Assembly: GCA_033442325.1 (NCBI GenBank)
Contig: JAWQFM010000031.1
Coordinates: forward strand, 271,393-335,392
DNA: 64,000 nucleotides
Direction of reading: 5' to 3'
Origin: Salpingoeca rosetta
Taxonomy: Eukaryota; Protista; Choanoflagellata
Position 1 is the first letter of the stretch; every line of letters starts with the position of its first letter. This document shows positions 41,027-57,116 of this stretch, in pieces. Position numbers and translations under genes: made by a program. Below the pieces are notes generated by a model. The model searched no databases. It worked only from the letters and a program-made list of their open reading frames with translations, and was not told the origin of the DNA.

Positions 41027-41588
41027 CTACACGATGCTGGTTACTGTGGGGGTGTCGTGAATGGCGATGGAGTGGTGCCGCTTTGCTGCGTTGACCAGGG
41101 CGGCGTGGCTGTCGGCCTCCACACTCGCCACCAGCCGCGACAAGTGGCTGTTGCTTCTCTGCAGCAGCGCATACGGCTGGTCATACTCCACCAACCTGGG
41201 GCGAGAGGGGGGGGGGGATGTGAAAGTAGATGAAGGGAAGCGGGGGTGAGTTTTATGTGTGTGAGTGTGTGTGTGTGTGTGTGCGTGTGTGTATCAACGT
41301 GTGTGAGTATAAACTTAGGTCTTCGCGCTTGATTGTGTGCACATGCGTGTGTCTTGCAACGGCTTGTTGTCAACAGCAGGGCAGCGCCAAGCAAGCACCC
41401 TGATGCCCTCACCTTCCTGCGTCCATGACGGCAATCATGTCGGAATCCATAATGGTGTGCAGGCGATGTGCAATTGTCAGCACCTGGCGAGAGCAAGGCA
41501 GGGGCGTGGGAATTTGAGCTGAGCTGTTGCACGTTGCTAGCGTGATGAAGAAAGCAAGGTCACGCACACAGAAGCAAGCCACCAATCC

Positions 41589-41658
<70 letters not shown>

Positions 41659-41874
41659 ACGCACAACACTGACGGTGCAATCCTTGAATTCGCGGCGGGA
41701 GTGTGTTGGATCAGGCGATCGGGCGGATCCTCCACGTGGGGCCGCGCCTCATCAATCACAAGAATCTTGGTCCGCCTTGGTGGTGGTGGTGGTGGAAGGA
41801 GGAGAAGATTGCCAAGTGAGTTGGCCTGTGGATTGCGGGACTGAACGTGAACCCTTCTTGATACTTCGGTGCAC

Positions 41875-41907
<33 letters not shown>

Positions 41908-42331
41908 GTGCACGTGTCGTGCGACTGACTGAGGAGAGCGCGCGCGAGACAGATGAGCTGCTTCTGGCCGACGCTAAAGTTGGAGCCTTGCTCCTGTGTA
42001 CGCGTGTGTATGTTGTTAAGAGTGCAAGCGATGGCGGGTGAGACGCCACAACAAGGCAACAGATCACGGCGGTAGATATGTCAACGGCACGTGCACATCT
42101 GTATATCCACACCGCCCCATGACCACACCACCGTGCACCGCTGGGAGCTGAGCGGCTGACCTGCACGTGTCCCTCCAGACCGCCATCCATCTGCTGCACT
42201 TTTTCCTTCAATTGCACCTGTTGTGACAAACAATTCGTGATGGAGAAGAGAAAAGACGTGTCATAGGGTCATGGCATGAGTGATGGCAGCATGACCTTTG
42301 TGGCGTCATGCCACCTACCCAAACACATAAA

Positions 42332-42424
<93 letters not shown>

Positions 42425-42652
42425 GCAAGAAAGCTGGTGTGCTGTTAACTGACTGTCTCAAGCGCTGCCCAGAGGTCGGCGTCGCTGTACTGCTCAAAGG
42501 GATCCAGGTTGTACCGCACCGTCCCGCTGAACAGCGTTGGATCCTGACACACAAGCAATACAGATTGGTGGCGGCAACGGTGATGGGGTTATGCCGTGGT
42601 GTGACACTCCGCGCAAGCGACGTAATACACATGCTTGCACACACACATACAC

Positions 42653-42717
<65 letters not shown>

Positions 42718-43639
42718 CACACACACGCACACACACACACAACACACGTATGCACGCACACACACACACACACACACANNNNNNNNNNNNNNNNNNNNNN
42801 NNNNNNNNNNNNNNNNNNNNNNNNNNNNNNNNNNNNNNNNNNNNNNNNNNNNNNNNNNNNNNNNNNNNNNNNNNNNNNAATCGTGCCTGCAATGGTGATT
42901 TGGCCATAGCCAGCAGGCACACACATACACACACACATGGGGAAGAAGCAGTGACTGTAAGGCCTCTTGACAAAACCACGAACACACGAGCAAACATTCA
43001 CACGATCACACGCCACCCTAACACTACATGTCACTCCCAACCTTCGACGATGCTGAGGCGGAAGAGGGCTGCCAGGATGCTGCTCTTGCCAGCGCCAGTC
43101 CGCCCAACAATGCCAACCTGCAACGCGCGCAAACATCAGCAGCAGCAGAGTGAAAAAAGAGCGAAGAGCACATTGGGCGGGGTGAGATGAGACGTGTGCA
43201 CGATGGAACGCTTGGGTGGGGTGTTCTCACACAGTTAATCGCGCTTGTGCATGTACATTCACACAACCATACACACACACACACGCACACACACACGCAT
43301 GCATGCACACACACACGCACAACCACACACACACACACGCATTCAGTACACCTTGGCGCCTGGGGCAATGCTGAGCGTGACGTCCTTCAATGCGTACGGA
43401 AGATTCTTGTCGTACTTGAGACTCATGTGCTGGTAGTGTTGTGTGAGCATGTGAAACTTACAGGGTGAGTTTTGGGGTAGGGTGTTGCGTTCTCAAAGCA
43501 CATGTGCACATCACATGCAGTGAAACACCGTATGCACAAGAGAACTACATGCTGCATCTGCCATGCCACATGAAACAAGGAATCAACTCACATTCACTCG
43601 TGCATCCACACACATTCTTCGAAGCTTGTACTGTCTCAC

Positions 43640-43706
<67 letters not shown>

Positions 43707-44027
43707 CTCACTCACACTATCTCACTCTGAGTCTTTCCCTCACGCGTCTTCTCATTCAGAGAAGTGCAACTCACAAGAAACGAGAGCCCACCGCCCTCTG
43801 GCCACGACGGCGGCAACATCTTATTTGCCATCCGCGCCGCCACCGACTCGTCGATGTCGAAATCTGGCTGTTGCTCAACACGCACGTGCGTGTATTCGAT
43901 AATCCGCTCCACGCTCGTCATTTCGTTCTCCACGGCTGCAGACTCCAGCGTCGCCCTGTTGGTGATTGTGTGTGTGTGTGTGCGCGGAAGAAAGAACAGC
44001 TTGAACAACACTCCGAAGGCGTCATGC

Positions 44028-44110
<83 letters not shown>

Positions 44111-45405
44111 TGTCGTGCCTCACATGTGCAGCACATGAAATCAGCAACACAAAGCGCTACCCACCACTGAATGACGCCGGGAAGCCGAAGTGCATACGAG
44201 ATGGCAAGCGCAGCCAACCCGGCCTCCAATTCGTGTCGAATCCCAGCAGTCACAAACACGGCGCACGTTGCAAAGGCAACGCCAAGCATGTCAAGTCTGT
44301 CAGGGGTGAAGGGATCAGGGGAGGGGGGACGGTGAGAAGGGGGGGCATCAGAGCAGGCATACGGACGCCAAACCATGGAGAGCGGATGAACAGGCATCGG
44401 CAACGCTTTATCCATGGTGTGTGTGCGTGTGTTTGGGGTAACACCAGCATGTGCGAGCTGAAGCAACTGACCTGAATGCAACCCATCGACGCAGACCAAC
44501 GAACATGTAGACCGCACGGCTGTGCTCATCTTGGTAGTAGCGGAACGTCTGCAGTGCTAGATCATACGCGTCAAACACGCGAATCGTCGCAAGCCCAGTC
44601 AGGCTTTCGCTATGTGTTGTGTGTTGGGGGGGGGGGGGGAGGAAGATGGGGGTGGGGGATGACGTGTAAGGATGCAGCTGTCTGTAACAGGCACACGAAC
44701 GCCTGCACATCAAATCAACCAACTTCTACAAGCAATTGCGAACGAACATGCAGGTACACAACTGCACGCACACAAATGCACACACACACACACACAACCA
44801 CTCACGCACGTACACACACACACACACACGCACACACACACACACATGCAACCACAGGCAGAGCTCACTTGAAGTGGGTGTAGATTGGCGATCTGGACAC
44901 GGATTCCAGGCGTTGGACTTCGCGTGCACTCCAGAGATAGCGGCGGCGAAGCAGATAGAAGAGGATGAAGAGTGGCACCACAATTACGAGCAGCCATGGC
45001 AGAATGCCAGCAGCTGGTGACCGTGGTTTGGCGTTGTTGCATTTGTGTGTAGGTGTGGTCAGGGCGAATGTATGTCACAGCACTGATGTCGGCGTGGTGG
45101 CGTGCAGGTCTGGCACGATGGAGGCGTGTGTTGTCAGGGATGCATGCAAGCGTGCCTGCAGGCAAGCAAAAGCAGCGTACCAAGAAAGATAATGACGAGC
45201 GTGGCGGAAGCAACGGTGACAAAGTCAGCAAATGTGAAAGCGAGCTGATCATCCGTTCTTCCCAGGTCCTGGCAATTCATGAATTTGTGCGCGCGTGTGT
45301 GTGTGTGTGCGTGCGCAGAGCTGTAAGTCATAAACATTCGTGCAATATGAGGCATATCGAGTGGCGCGCGTATGCTGACACAAACACCCCCACGGAATAG
45401 CGTAC

Positions 45406-45455
<50 letters not shown>

Positions 45456-45478
45456 GCAAACACACACACACACGCGCG

Positions 45479-45523
<45 letters not shown>

Positions 45524-48071
45524 CAAATACACACACACACACACACACACACAAAACAACACACACACACACGCCCTCACCGCACGCACCGCTACCAGCG
45601 CACCTTGCTGAACCGGTTGAGGATGCGACCAATGGGGTTGGTGTCGAAGAATCGGATGGGTGCAAAGAGAATGTGCTTGAACATGTCGTCGTGTAGCCAG
45701 CAAGACGCATTGACGAACCCGTGCAGCAGAAACAGCACCGGAACAAGGCTCACAGCGACCACCACCCCAAGCAGTATGACGTAACTGTGATGGGAAGAGC
45801 ATCGTCATGAATCAACAGGGTGAGCCGCCCGAGATACGGAACGCAAAGGACAGCTATCACAGCGGGAGCAACCTTGACGTATTGTGCTGACTGCACACGC
45901 TTGTTGACATCCCTCATACACATATACAAATGCACGTACATGGTTAAGAGTCGGGTGTCGCTGGTTCCCTCGGTCTGGGCTTCATCCACCCAAAACGCGA
46001 GCACTATGTCTGCACCCACAAATAGGGACTGTGTCCCTAGCACGGTCAATGCAGTCACTGCAGATGTGCTCGTGCGTGAATATGCGAGTTCTTGGTGAGT
46101 GAGCAGTCTTGCCGACAAGATTGGGGGGGGGGCTTCAGCAACATCTGCACACAAAGAGATAAAGCAGAATCGCAGTCCCAAACAGAGAATGTGTGTGTGT
46201 GGCGCACATCACAAAGAGGGGTACAAGCGCCGACGAAAGGTCGCACACACCGATACACAGCCATATATGCACATGCGCACATCGCTCACCAAGCAGCATA
46301 ATCTTTGGGCCGGTGTGCAGGATGTACTCCTTGTAAACGGCGAGAGTCACATCGCCTGCCTGTCGACTCTCATCACCAGCGAGGGTCTGCCGCCGGGCAT
46401 ACCTCGAAGCTACCATGGACTTGTCAACAAGCGCAGTCGTTGACGTTGACACGGGGTCGCAATCTTGGTGATGTGTTGGGTCATCGCTCACCACAGAGTT
46501 GCTGCTGTCACTTGTGCGTTTTGTTGCGTGTTGAAACTGGTCATAATGATCACGATGAGCCCCATTGCCGCTGTTGTCATTGGTGTAGTTGTCGTTGTTG
46601 CCACTGTTGTCGTTATCGTTGTTGTCATTGTTCCTGGTGGTACTGCTGTCGCTGTCTTCATGTTGCGCACGTGTATCACGAGCGAATGTTTCCTGCGGCA
46701 GTGCATACCGGGAGTTGTGCTTATCGCTGTCCGCTGCATCAGCATCGAAAAAGCCCTACGCATGTGACAGGTGACATGGACAGGCGTGAAGGAAAAAAGG
46801 TGGTTCCTGGGGGCGTGTGTACGTGTTTGTGTTTGTGTTGGTGCAGTGCAGCAACGTGACATGACACTGCCACACGAACCTGCAGGGCAGACGGGTGCTT
46901 GGCGGCAATCTCCTTGTATGGGCCTTGGGGAGGTAAAGCGATTGGGCGAGTGAGTGTGAGTGGGTGAGTGAGTGTGTGTGTGTGTGTATGTGTGTGTGTG
47001 TGTATGTGTGTGTGTGTGAGTGAATGGTAGGGAGGACGGGGTTGAGATCGTTGTGGAAACAACGAACGGGAAGATGGGAAATACCGATCGCAGCTGAGTG
47101 TTCGTTGACAAGCAGCACACACACAACACACACCTTGCGCGGCGACGCGTCCGTTTGCGTCGAGGACGACGACGAGGTCCGCCTTGGCGAGGTGGTGCAC
47201 CTGATGCGTCGCCAGCACGCGCGTCTTGCCTGCAAGCAACCCGCAGATGCACTCCTCAAACAGCACCCGCCCGACCTGCAACGTGGGTTTGTGTTGTGTT
47301 TGCATGTGTGTGCATGTGCGTGTGTGCATGTGTGTGAGCGAGTGCGCGTGTGCATGTGTGTGCGTGTGAGTGAGCGTGTGTGTGTGAGTGTGAAAGAGGC
47401 AAACAGTCAATCATCCAATGTCAACTGTCTGTTTCTGTTTTCTATTTACCAGCACCCCAACCAAGACCCCAACCAACACCCCTCCCTCCTCATCCCTCAT
47501 TCCCCCATCCTCTCCCTTCCACCACTCCGCACCTTCGCGTCGACGGCGCTGAGCGGGTCGTCGAGCAAGTACACGTCTGCCTGGCGGTACACGGCGCGGG
47601 CAAGCGAGACGCGGGCCTTCTGCCCGCCAGAGAGCGTGACACCGCGCTCCCCAATGAGCGCCTGTTCCCCGCCGGGCAGCAGCTGCAGGTCGCGTTCTAG
47701 CGCACACGCGCGAATGACGGCTGCGCGGCGGGCCGGGTCGTCGGCGGCGCCAAAGAGGATGTTCTCACGCACGGTGGTGGCCAGGATCCAGGGCTCCTGC
47801 GACGCATAGCTCACGCGCCCGCGCACACCGGCACTGCCTTTGCTCGGCAGCAGCTCCCTGGGGGTGGTGTGGTGGGGAAGTGGTAGTTGGTGTGGTGGGG
47901 GGTGTTGGGGAAGATGGGTGGGAGGATAGCGAGGTAAGGAGGTGTGTGGTGGGAGCGAATTGAGGGGAGGTCAGAAGGTGTGTGGAGTGGTGCGCAGTGG
48001 TGCGCAGTGGTGTAACACACTCACACACACACACACACTCACGCACACACTCACGAACGTACACTCACACT

Positions 48072-48156
<85 letters not shown>

Positions 48157-48985
48157 GCAATCACGTCTCACCTGAGCATGCCCATGAGGAGGGTGGTCTT
48201 GCCTGAACCAACGGGACCAACAACACCAACCAGCATCCCAGGCTTGATGTCCAGTGTCACATCTGTCAGCGTGTTGTTGCCTGCAGGCACGGGCTTGTCT
48301 CCATTCATCGCCTGCTTCTTCTTGTTGTTGTTGCTGTTCTTCTTCTTCTGTTGCTCGTCTTGCTGTGCATGCAACACATCCACCTTGCCGTTGCTGCTGT
48401 TGCCTCCAGTACCCGTCCCCTTCTCGTCGTCATCATCATCACCATCATCACGACTGCCGCCCATGTTGCCGTCGTTCCAGGAGAATGTTGCGTGCTGGAG
48501 GCGGATGGATCCGACTGGCAGCGCGGCAGTGGACGCGTCGTCCGGTGGCACGTGCTCCGGCAGCCGCAGAAACCGCTCAATCCGCGCACACGACACGCGC
48601 ATCTCGCTGAAGTACTGGATGCCGATTGGAAACTGATACATGGCCATGAGACGGACGATGTTCAGCAGGGCCAGGCTGGTGAACACGGTGTAGGCTGTGA
48701 GCTCGTGACCAGTCAGTGCGTACGGCACAAATGTGAGGCACGTCATGACTGGGGTGCCGAGGTACACGAGCGTGATGTTGATGCCTCGCAGTGTCTGCGT
48801 CTTTCGCACAGACACCAGCTCTTTCTTTCGGATGGCCGCGATGAGGCGGGCAAACGGCTTCTCCCACACGTACATCTTGATCACGCGCATCCCGCCCAGA
48901 ATCTGTTGCGTGGTCGTTGAGAGGAGGAGCAAGGGGAGAGGGGGGGTAATGTAATGTAGTGTTGAGCGAGTGAGTGAGTGAGTGA

Positions 48986-49022
<37 letters not shown>

Positions 49023-49481
49023 AGCGAGTGAGTGAGTTTGTATGTTGTGACGGTCAATCCTCCAAGGTGTCACTACGTGCTTCCCAATTCAACCTGGTTC
49101 ATGATGCTGACGCGGTGGTCGCGGTGTTGGGCGGTGGCGATGCGGTACTGAGCAAAGAGCTTTGCGGAGATGCCCTGCACGGGAAACATCAGGACAGGGA
49201 TGCACAGCCCAAGCAAGCAGAACGGCCCGACTGCGCGTGCATGCAGATAAGGGAACAGTCGACGGTGAGAAGAGTGTGCACGTGTAATGTGGGGGGGGGG
49301 GGTGAGGTGCGCGAGAATGGTGTGCACACAAATTGGGACGTACTAATGTGCCAGAGATAGATGGCTGCCACGATGGTTTGAAGCGGTGCGATCCAGATGT
49401 AGTTGATGGCCACAGGGGCAACGTATAGTCTAGGGGGAGAAGGTGTGTGTGTGTGTTGTGTTGTGTGCGTGTTGTGTTGTG

Positions 49482-49524
<43 letters not shown>

Positions 49525-49526
49525 CG

Positions 49527-49615
<89 letters not shown>

Positions 49616-50945
49616 TGCTGCCGAGTATATGTATTGACTTCAAGCGTGCATGTGTGAGCTCGCCCCCACCCTCGTCCATGTTGTCGTGGTCACAGCCCAA
49701 AAGTGTTCGATCATGTCACATCACATCACCACGAAAACTCAATGGCACCTTTCCACGTCGTTGCTGATGATATTAGTGATTTTGCCCACGGTTGTGTCCA
49801 TCATGTCCTGAGCGTCATGGTGAAGAAGAGGGGCGACGAGGTGTTATCAGCACAGTGCTAAAGATGGTGATGCACGCAAAGGAGGTGGACATGCATGCAG
49901 GCACGCGAATTACCGCACATACACACACATACGCACACACGCAAACACGAACAAAGTTGCTCGGAGACATGCACGCACACACACACACACACACACTCGT
50001 TTGCTCGGAGACATGCACGCACTTTGTGGTGCAGCCGAAAAGCCTTTCGGAACACAAGGTCGATGGTGCCTGCACGCAAGCTATTGCCAACGCGCCTTGC
50101 CAAGAAGATGGCGAGATGGTTCAATGACCCTTGCCTGGTATGGTGTGGTGTGATATGGGTGTGTGTGTGTGCTGTGTGTGAATAGCTGCGAGATGGAAGA
50201 ACACAGTGTGCATTGCATGTCTAATGTGTGCGCAGCAATAGGAGTACCGACATTTAAACCACACACACAGGCACACATACACTCACTCACTCACACACAC
50301 ACTCACTCGCTCGCTCACTCACACACTCACTCACTCGCTCGCTCACTCACACACTCACTCACTCGCTCACTCACTCACTCACTCACTCACACACACACAC
50401 ACACACACACTCTCTCTCTCTCTGACTGACAGGAGCGCGAGGAGAGCGATGGCAAGCGCGTAGTAGTAGAGGACGCTGCCATCTGATCTGCCGCCACCGT
50501 GACTGTCAAGGTCTTCATAACCAGCAGTGTTGTTGGTTGTCGTGTTGGCTGTGAGGGTGGTGTTGCTGACGTTGTCGTCGTCATTGTCCTGGGCCTCCAG
50601 TCGCTCCAGGACACGGGTGATCTCGCCCAGGAAGTACGCCAGGACGGTCTCCACAGCAACTTGGATGCACCAGAAGAAGCCTGCCAGCAGCAGCGCCCTG
50701 TGCTCAGCAGCGAGGCAGGCGCGGAAGAAAGATGTGCGGTTGCTGGGCTGCTGTTCGTCTGCCTTGCTGTGCCACGCATGCCACAGGCGCTCAGTGCACG
50801 CGCTGGCTCCCGCAAACGATGGCAAGGCCAGGAGATCGTCCGCGCCCAGCTGCCGTTGCGCACCCGCCTTCACCGCCCCCGTCATCCATCCAAACGTCCA
50901 CAGCGAGAACAGCTGTGGCAGCCATGGCCGATCCAGTGGGTGCAT
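41027..50945 (-). CDS. ABCC/MRP-subfamily transporter (ABCC4-like), copy 2, inverted relative to copy 1; apparent indels near 41690-41935; start codon approximate
   Basis: [21 protein letters not shown]; [17 protein letters not shown]; [15 protein letters not shown] (Walker A); [16 protein letters not shown]; [12 protein letters not shown]; [15 protein letters not shown]; [13 protein letters not shown]; NFSVGQKQL; ends ...DTPTVTSIV* at 41027. Confidence 0.9.
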
Positions 50946-51376
50946 GCCACCTCGTGTGCTGCTGATGCTGGTGGTGGTGGTGCTGTGGTGTGTCTGTATG
51001 TGTCCGTGGGGTGTGTTGTATTGCATGGGGTGGGGAAGCACACTCGCACTCGAGCACACGCACAACAGAGAAGTGGATGACGACGCTGGTCACAAACCAA
51101 GCGCGGTAAGGGTAGGACCACCGAGGGCAGTGGCGAATATTACTAGTTCGACAGCACAAAGTGTAGTGCTGACGCAAGCAGCAGCGGAAACGAGCGAGGG
51201 GAATCAAATCATCTAATCATCGCCCAAAAGCCTGCAAGCAACCCATATCCGAACAGCCAACAGTCCATATCCAACAACAACAACAACAACAGGACATCCA
51301 CAACAACGACGAACACACCACACCAGCACAACAAAACCAACGCCTCCTCCCTCCTTTTGTTGTCTCTTTGCCAGCC

Positions 51377-51826
51377 ATGGCGCTGCGGAGCTTCTGGTAT
51401 GCGGAGTGGTGCCTTGCGTGCGACTGCATGGGCCGGTACATGTGCGGGTGCTGGCTGCGATGGATGCTGGGGCTGCGGCCAACGTATCCGACGGATCCGT
51501 GGTACAGCACGTCGACCATCACCTTCCAAGTGCCGCAGATCAAGCGCGACTACGAGGGGCCGGACCGCCGCCTGTCGCCGGAGTTTGTGAAGGACCGCAT
51601 CGTGGAGGAAGGCGGCCAGCTGTACGCGTGCTGCCCCGGGATGATCGACGTGTGCGCGACATACAACATTGTGCGTGAGGTGGACGCCATGACGCACACG
51701 GGCGTCGTTGCTGTCACCGTCATTGCCGGGCAAGAGGAGAAGGTGCGAGAAGCCATTCGCGGCCTCACAGACCGAACCGGAAACCCCATTCACGCTTACG
51801 AGGACCTCTCTGCAGCACACAAATAA
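51377..51826 (+). CDS. Small intronless protein of unknown function (149 aa), Cys/Trp-rich N-terminus
   Basis: Non-repetitive ORF with strong GC3 codon bias and gccATGG start context, flanked by low-complexity intergenic DNA. Confidence 0.7.
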   Translation: MALRSFWYAEWCLACDCMGRYMCGCWLRWMLGLRPTYPTDPWYSTSTITFQVPQIKRDYEGPDRRLSPEFVKDRIVEEGGQLYACCPGMIDVCATYNIVREVDAMTHTGVVAVTVIAGQEEKVREAIRGLTDRTGNPIHAYEDLSAAHK

Positions 51827-52285
51827 TGTAACATAACATAACGAGACGAAGGTGTTGAAAAAACAGAGAGCGGGGGAGGGTGGAGGAGACTGAGGTGAGT
51901 GTGTGAGTGAGTGTGTGAGTGAGTGTGTGTGTGTGTGCGTGTGTGCGTGTGTGGTGACGGTGTAATGTGTAACATGTAAAGGGTGAAGTATTAGACGCTA
52001 CACGATGTATTTGTGGCGCCACAACATGCTGTGTTCAAGGTGTATACAAGCTTTCCCTTGCCCATTTGGTGGTTTACTTGCTGTGTGCTCATTGGTCGGT
52101 ATCACACGGCATACGCTGGTCGTACGAGAATACACACCACGTGCAAGCCCAAGCAAGCACAAGCACACACGGCAAGTGTTGGAGGGATGAGGATGGGTGC
52201 AAGTAGGAGGAAAGTGGTGACACAGTGAGCGTGCACGCACGCATGTGTGCGTGTGGGGGGGGGAGGGGAAAGGGGCTACAACATC

Positions 52286-53173
52286 TCAAACGAGGAGCAC
52301 AGCGGCGATGGCGGCGGCAACGAAGGCGACCACGCCAGACACGGCGGAGGCTGTCATGGGTGGGTGGTTTGGAGACAGGTTGAGTGTGAGAGGAGAGAGA
52401 GAGAGAGAGAGAGAGAGGCGAAGTGGGAGGTTGTGGTGGAGGGTGGATGGGGAAGGGCAGGTGGGGGAGGGTGTGGAAAGAGTGGGATGGGAAGGAAGGT
52501 GGGGATAGGGACAGAAGGATGCAGAACAGCCCCAGGCATACAGTTCACACACACACACACACACACACACACCTGCGCTGGATGAGATGTTGGAGGGGCT
52601 TTCAGTGCCCTCTGCAGACTCTGAGACGCCGGTGACGCCCATCTGCGCGCACGACGTGTTGAGGTTGCTCACAAATAACTCCGCATCAATCTGGACGCCA
52701 AACAGGTTCGGGTGTGCCTGTAGAAGTAGTCGTTTTGTTTGGGGGGCGGGGAAGAAGGTGAGGAGTGAGGGATGCGTTGGAGAAGGGCGAGAAGGAAAGT
52801 GGGTGTTACTTGCGAGCAGCGATGATAAGTGCACACACACAGACGCAGGCACAGACACAGACACAGACACAGACACAGACACACACACCGACCTCGAGGG
52901 TGGCACGGATGCTGCCGAGGCAGTTGCCGTAGTTGACAATCTGCATGCACTGAGCAGCGCCAAAGTCGCCAGGGCTCTCCTCAAACGCCTGCAGAACCGG
53001 GATGAGCTGGCCGCAGTACTCGCCGTTCTCGCTCGACTTGGTGCACACGAGGCCCAGCAGCGCCTGGTAGCCGGAGATGGCGCCAAAGGAGCCGAAGAAG
53101 TCGTCATCGGTTGGGTCGTCGTCGCCCGTGAGCGGCGTGTCGTCGTCCGGACCGGCAGGCAGGCACTCTGTCA

Positions 53174-53243
<70 letters not shown>

Positions 53244-53588
53244 GGGTGTGTGTGTGTGTGTGTGTTGGGTGTGTGTTGTGTGTGTGTTGGGTGGTGAGAT
53301 GCGTGGTGAGCGATGGAGTCGATTGGATGCGAATACAGCATCAAAAAAAAGTTGACGCGGGCGCAAGCACAGATCTGCACTTGCAGATCTGCAAGCAACG
53401 CACCAGAGTCGACGAGGATGTTGATGGCCCTGAAGAGCTTGATGATGCACGTGTTGTCGCAGACCTCTGCCAGCTGTTTCCGAGGAGGGAGAGACGTGAG
53501 AGGCGTGGGCGTGAGAAGGTGAGTGCGTTATTTGGGGATGGTGCAACAAGTGAAATCGCCGCATTCGTGGATGCAGACACGGACAAAT

Positions 53589-53657
<69 letters not shown>

Positions 53658-54213
53658 CACTCACACACACTCACACGCAGACGCATGATAGCCGCCCCAT
53701 CATCATCTCCGCTCCCATGGCCAGAACAAACACACTCTGTCTGGCTGGTAAAAGTCGTCGTCGTCGCCCATGCTGTCATCAAAACCGTCATCGTCGTCGA
53801 AGAAGGAGAAGGTCTCGTTGGCGTTGAGGATGCAATCCACCACGTCCTGGTTGATGGCCTTCTTGACGGGGCCCTGGCAGCGGTCTGGGAGCAGGGCGAT
53901 CAGGTACTGGCGAACCTGGTCGGCGCTGGGAACGAAGTTGTTGCTGTCAAAGTCGCTGCACTCAAACACGGTGGCAGAGGTCTGCGTATCCGTGCACGAG
54001 CACACGTACAAGTCGTTGGAGCTGACAAACGAGCAGGCGCAGTTGTTGTCGCACTGCGCGTTGCACTGCGTGCTGGTCGTCACCTGCACTTCAGCACACG
54101 ACTGCTGCTCAGCCGCTGCCGTCCCCGCGCTGAACGGTAAGTCGAGGGCAGAGCGTTGGGAAAGGGGGGGGGAAGGGCAAAGTGAGGTCGGAGAGGGAGG
54201 TGAGTGTAAGCAC

Positions 54214-54287
<74 letters not shown>

Positions 54288-54444
54288 CATGTTTGTGTGC
54301 AGACGTGTGTGTGTGCGTGTATGCGTGTGCGTGTTGTGTGTGCGGGAGAGCTCGAGCTCACAACAAGTCGAGAAGCAAAGGCTCAGGCCAGGAAGCGCAG
54401 ACTCACAGGGCAACAAGGGCGGCGACGAGGAACGCGAGCTTCAT
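52286..54444 (-). CDS. Secreted, probably GPI-anchored, Cys- and Asp-rich surface protein; ~6 exons
   Basis: Signal peptide MKLAFLVAALVALAGTAAA across the first intron; Cys-rich exons (CNAQCDNNCAC, LAEVCDNTC, VCTKSSENGEYCG); acidic tracts; C-terminus ...NISSSAASAVSGVVAFVAAAIAAVLLV* with no cytoplasmic tail. Confidence 0.8.
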
Positions 54445-54846
54445 GGCGGTCATTGTCGTCGTTGGTGGGTCGGTCTTGGTGGTTTGTGTTGGTGTTCAGA
54501 GAGAGACAAAAGTGAAAATGCAGCACAGCGGGTCGCCTGATGTTGTGTGCAGTGTGTGTGTTGATTTGGAGCCACGACCAACGACAATCACGAGGTCATG
54601 TCAAAGTAACGTCGAGAAGCCACTTCGCATGCCTGCGTGCGTGTGTGTACTTGTGTGTGTAGAGCTGCCCAATCCCATCGTTGCTTCTGTCTCATCAGAG
54701 TGCAGCACAAGCTAAGAATGGATGGCTTGCGCCTGCTCGTGATTGTGTGAAATGCACCAGTGCGTTGGTCGCGTTTGCAGTGCCACAAAAAAAACCGAAA
54801 ACGGGCGGCGGCGAACGCAAGAATTGTCGCTTCACGACAGGACAAA

Positions 54847-57063
<2,217 letters not shown>

Positions 57064-57116
57064 AGAAAAAGCGGAGGGGGGAGGAGGTGTGGAGTGGGGT
57101 GGAGCACGAGGAATCG

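Noticed and set aside
53400-53900. Elicitin-like domain in the GPI protein
   Set aside because: Cys spacing is only loosely similar, too weak to call without an HMM or structure search.
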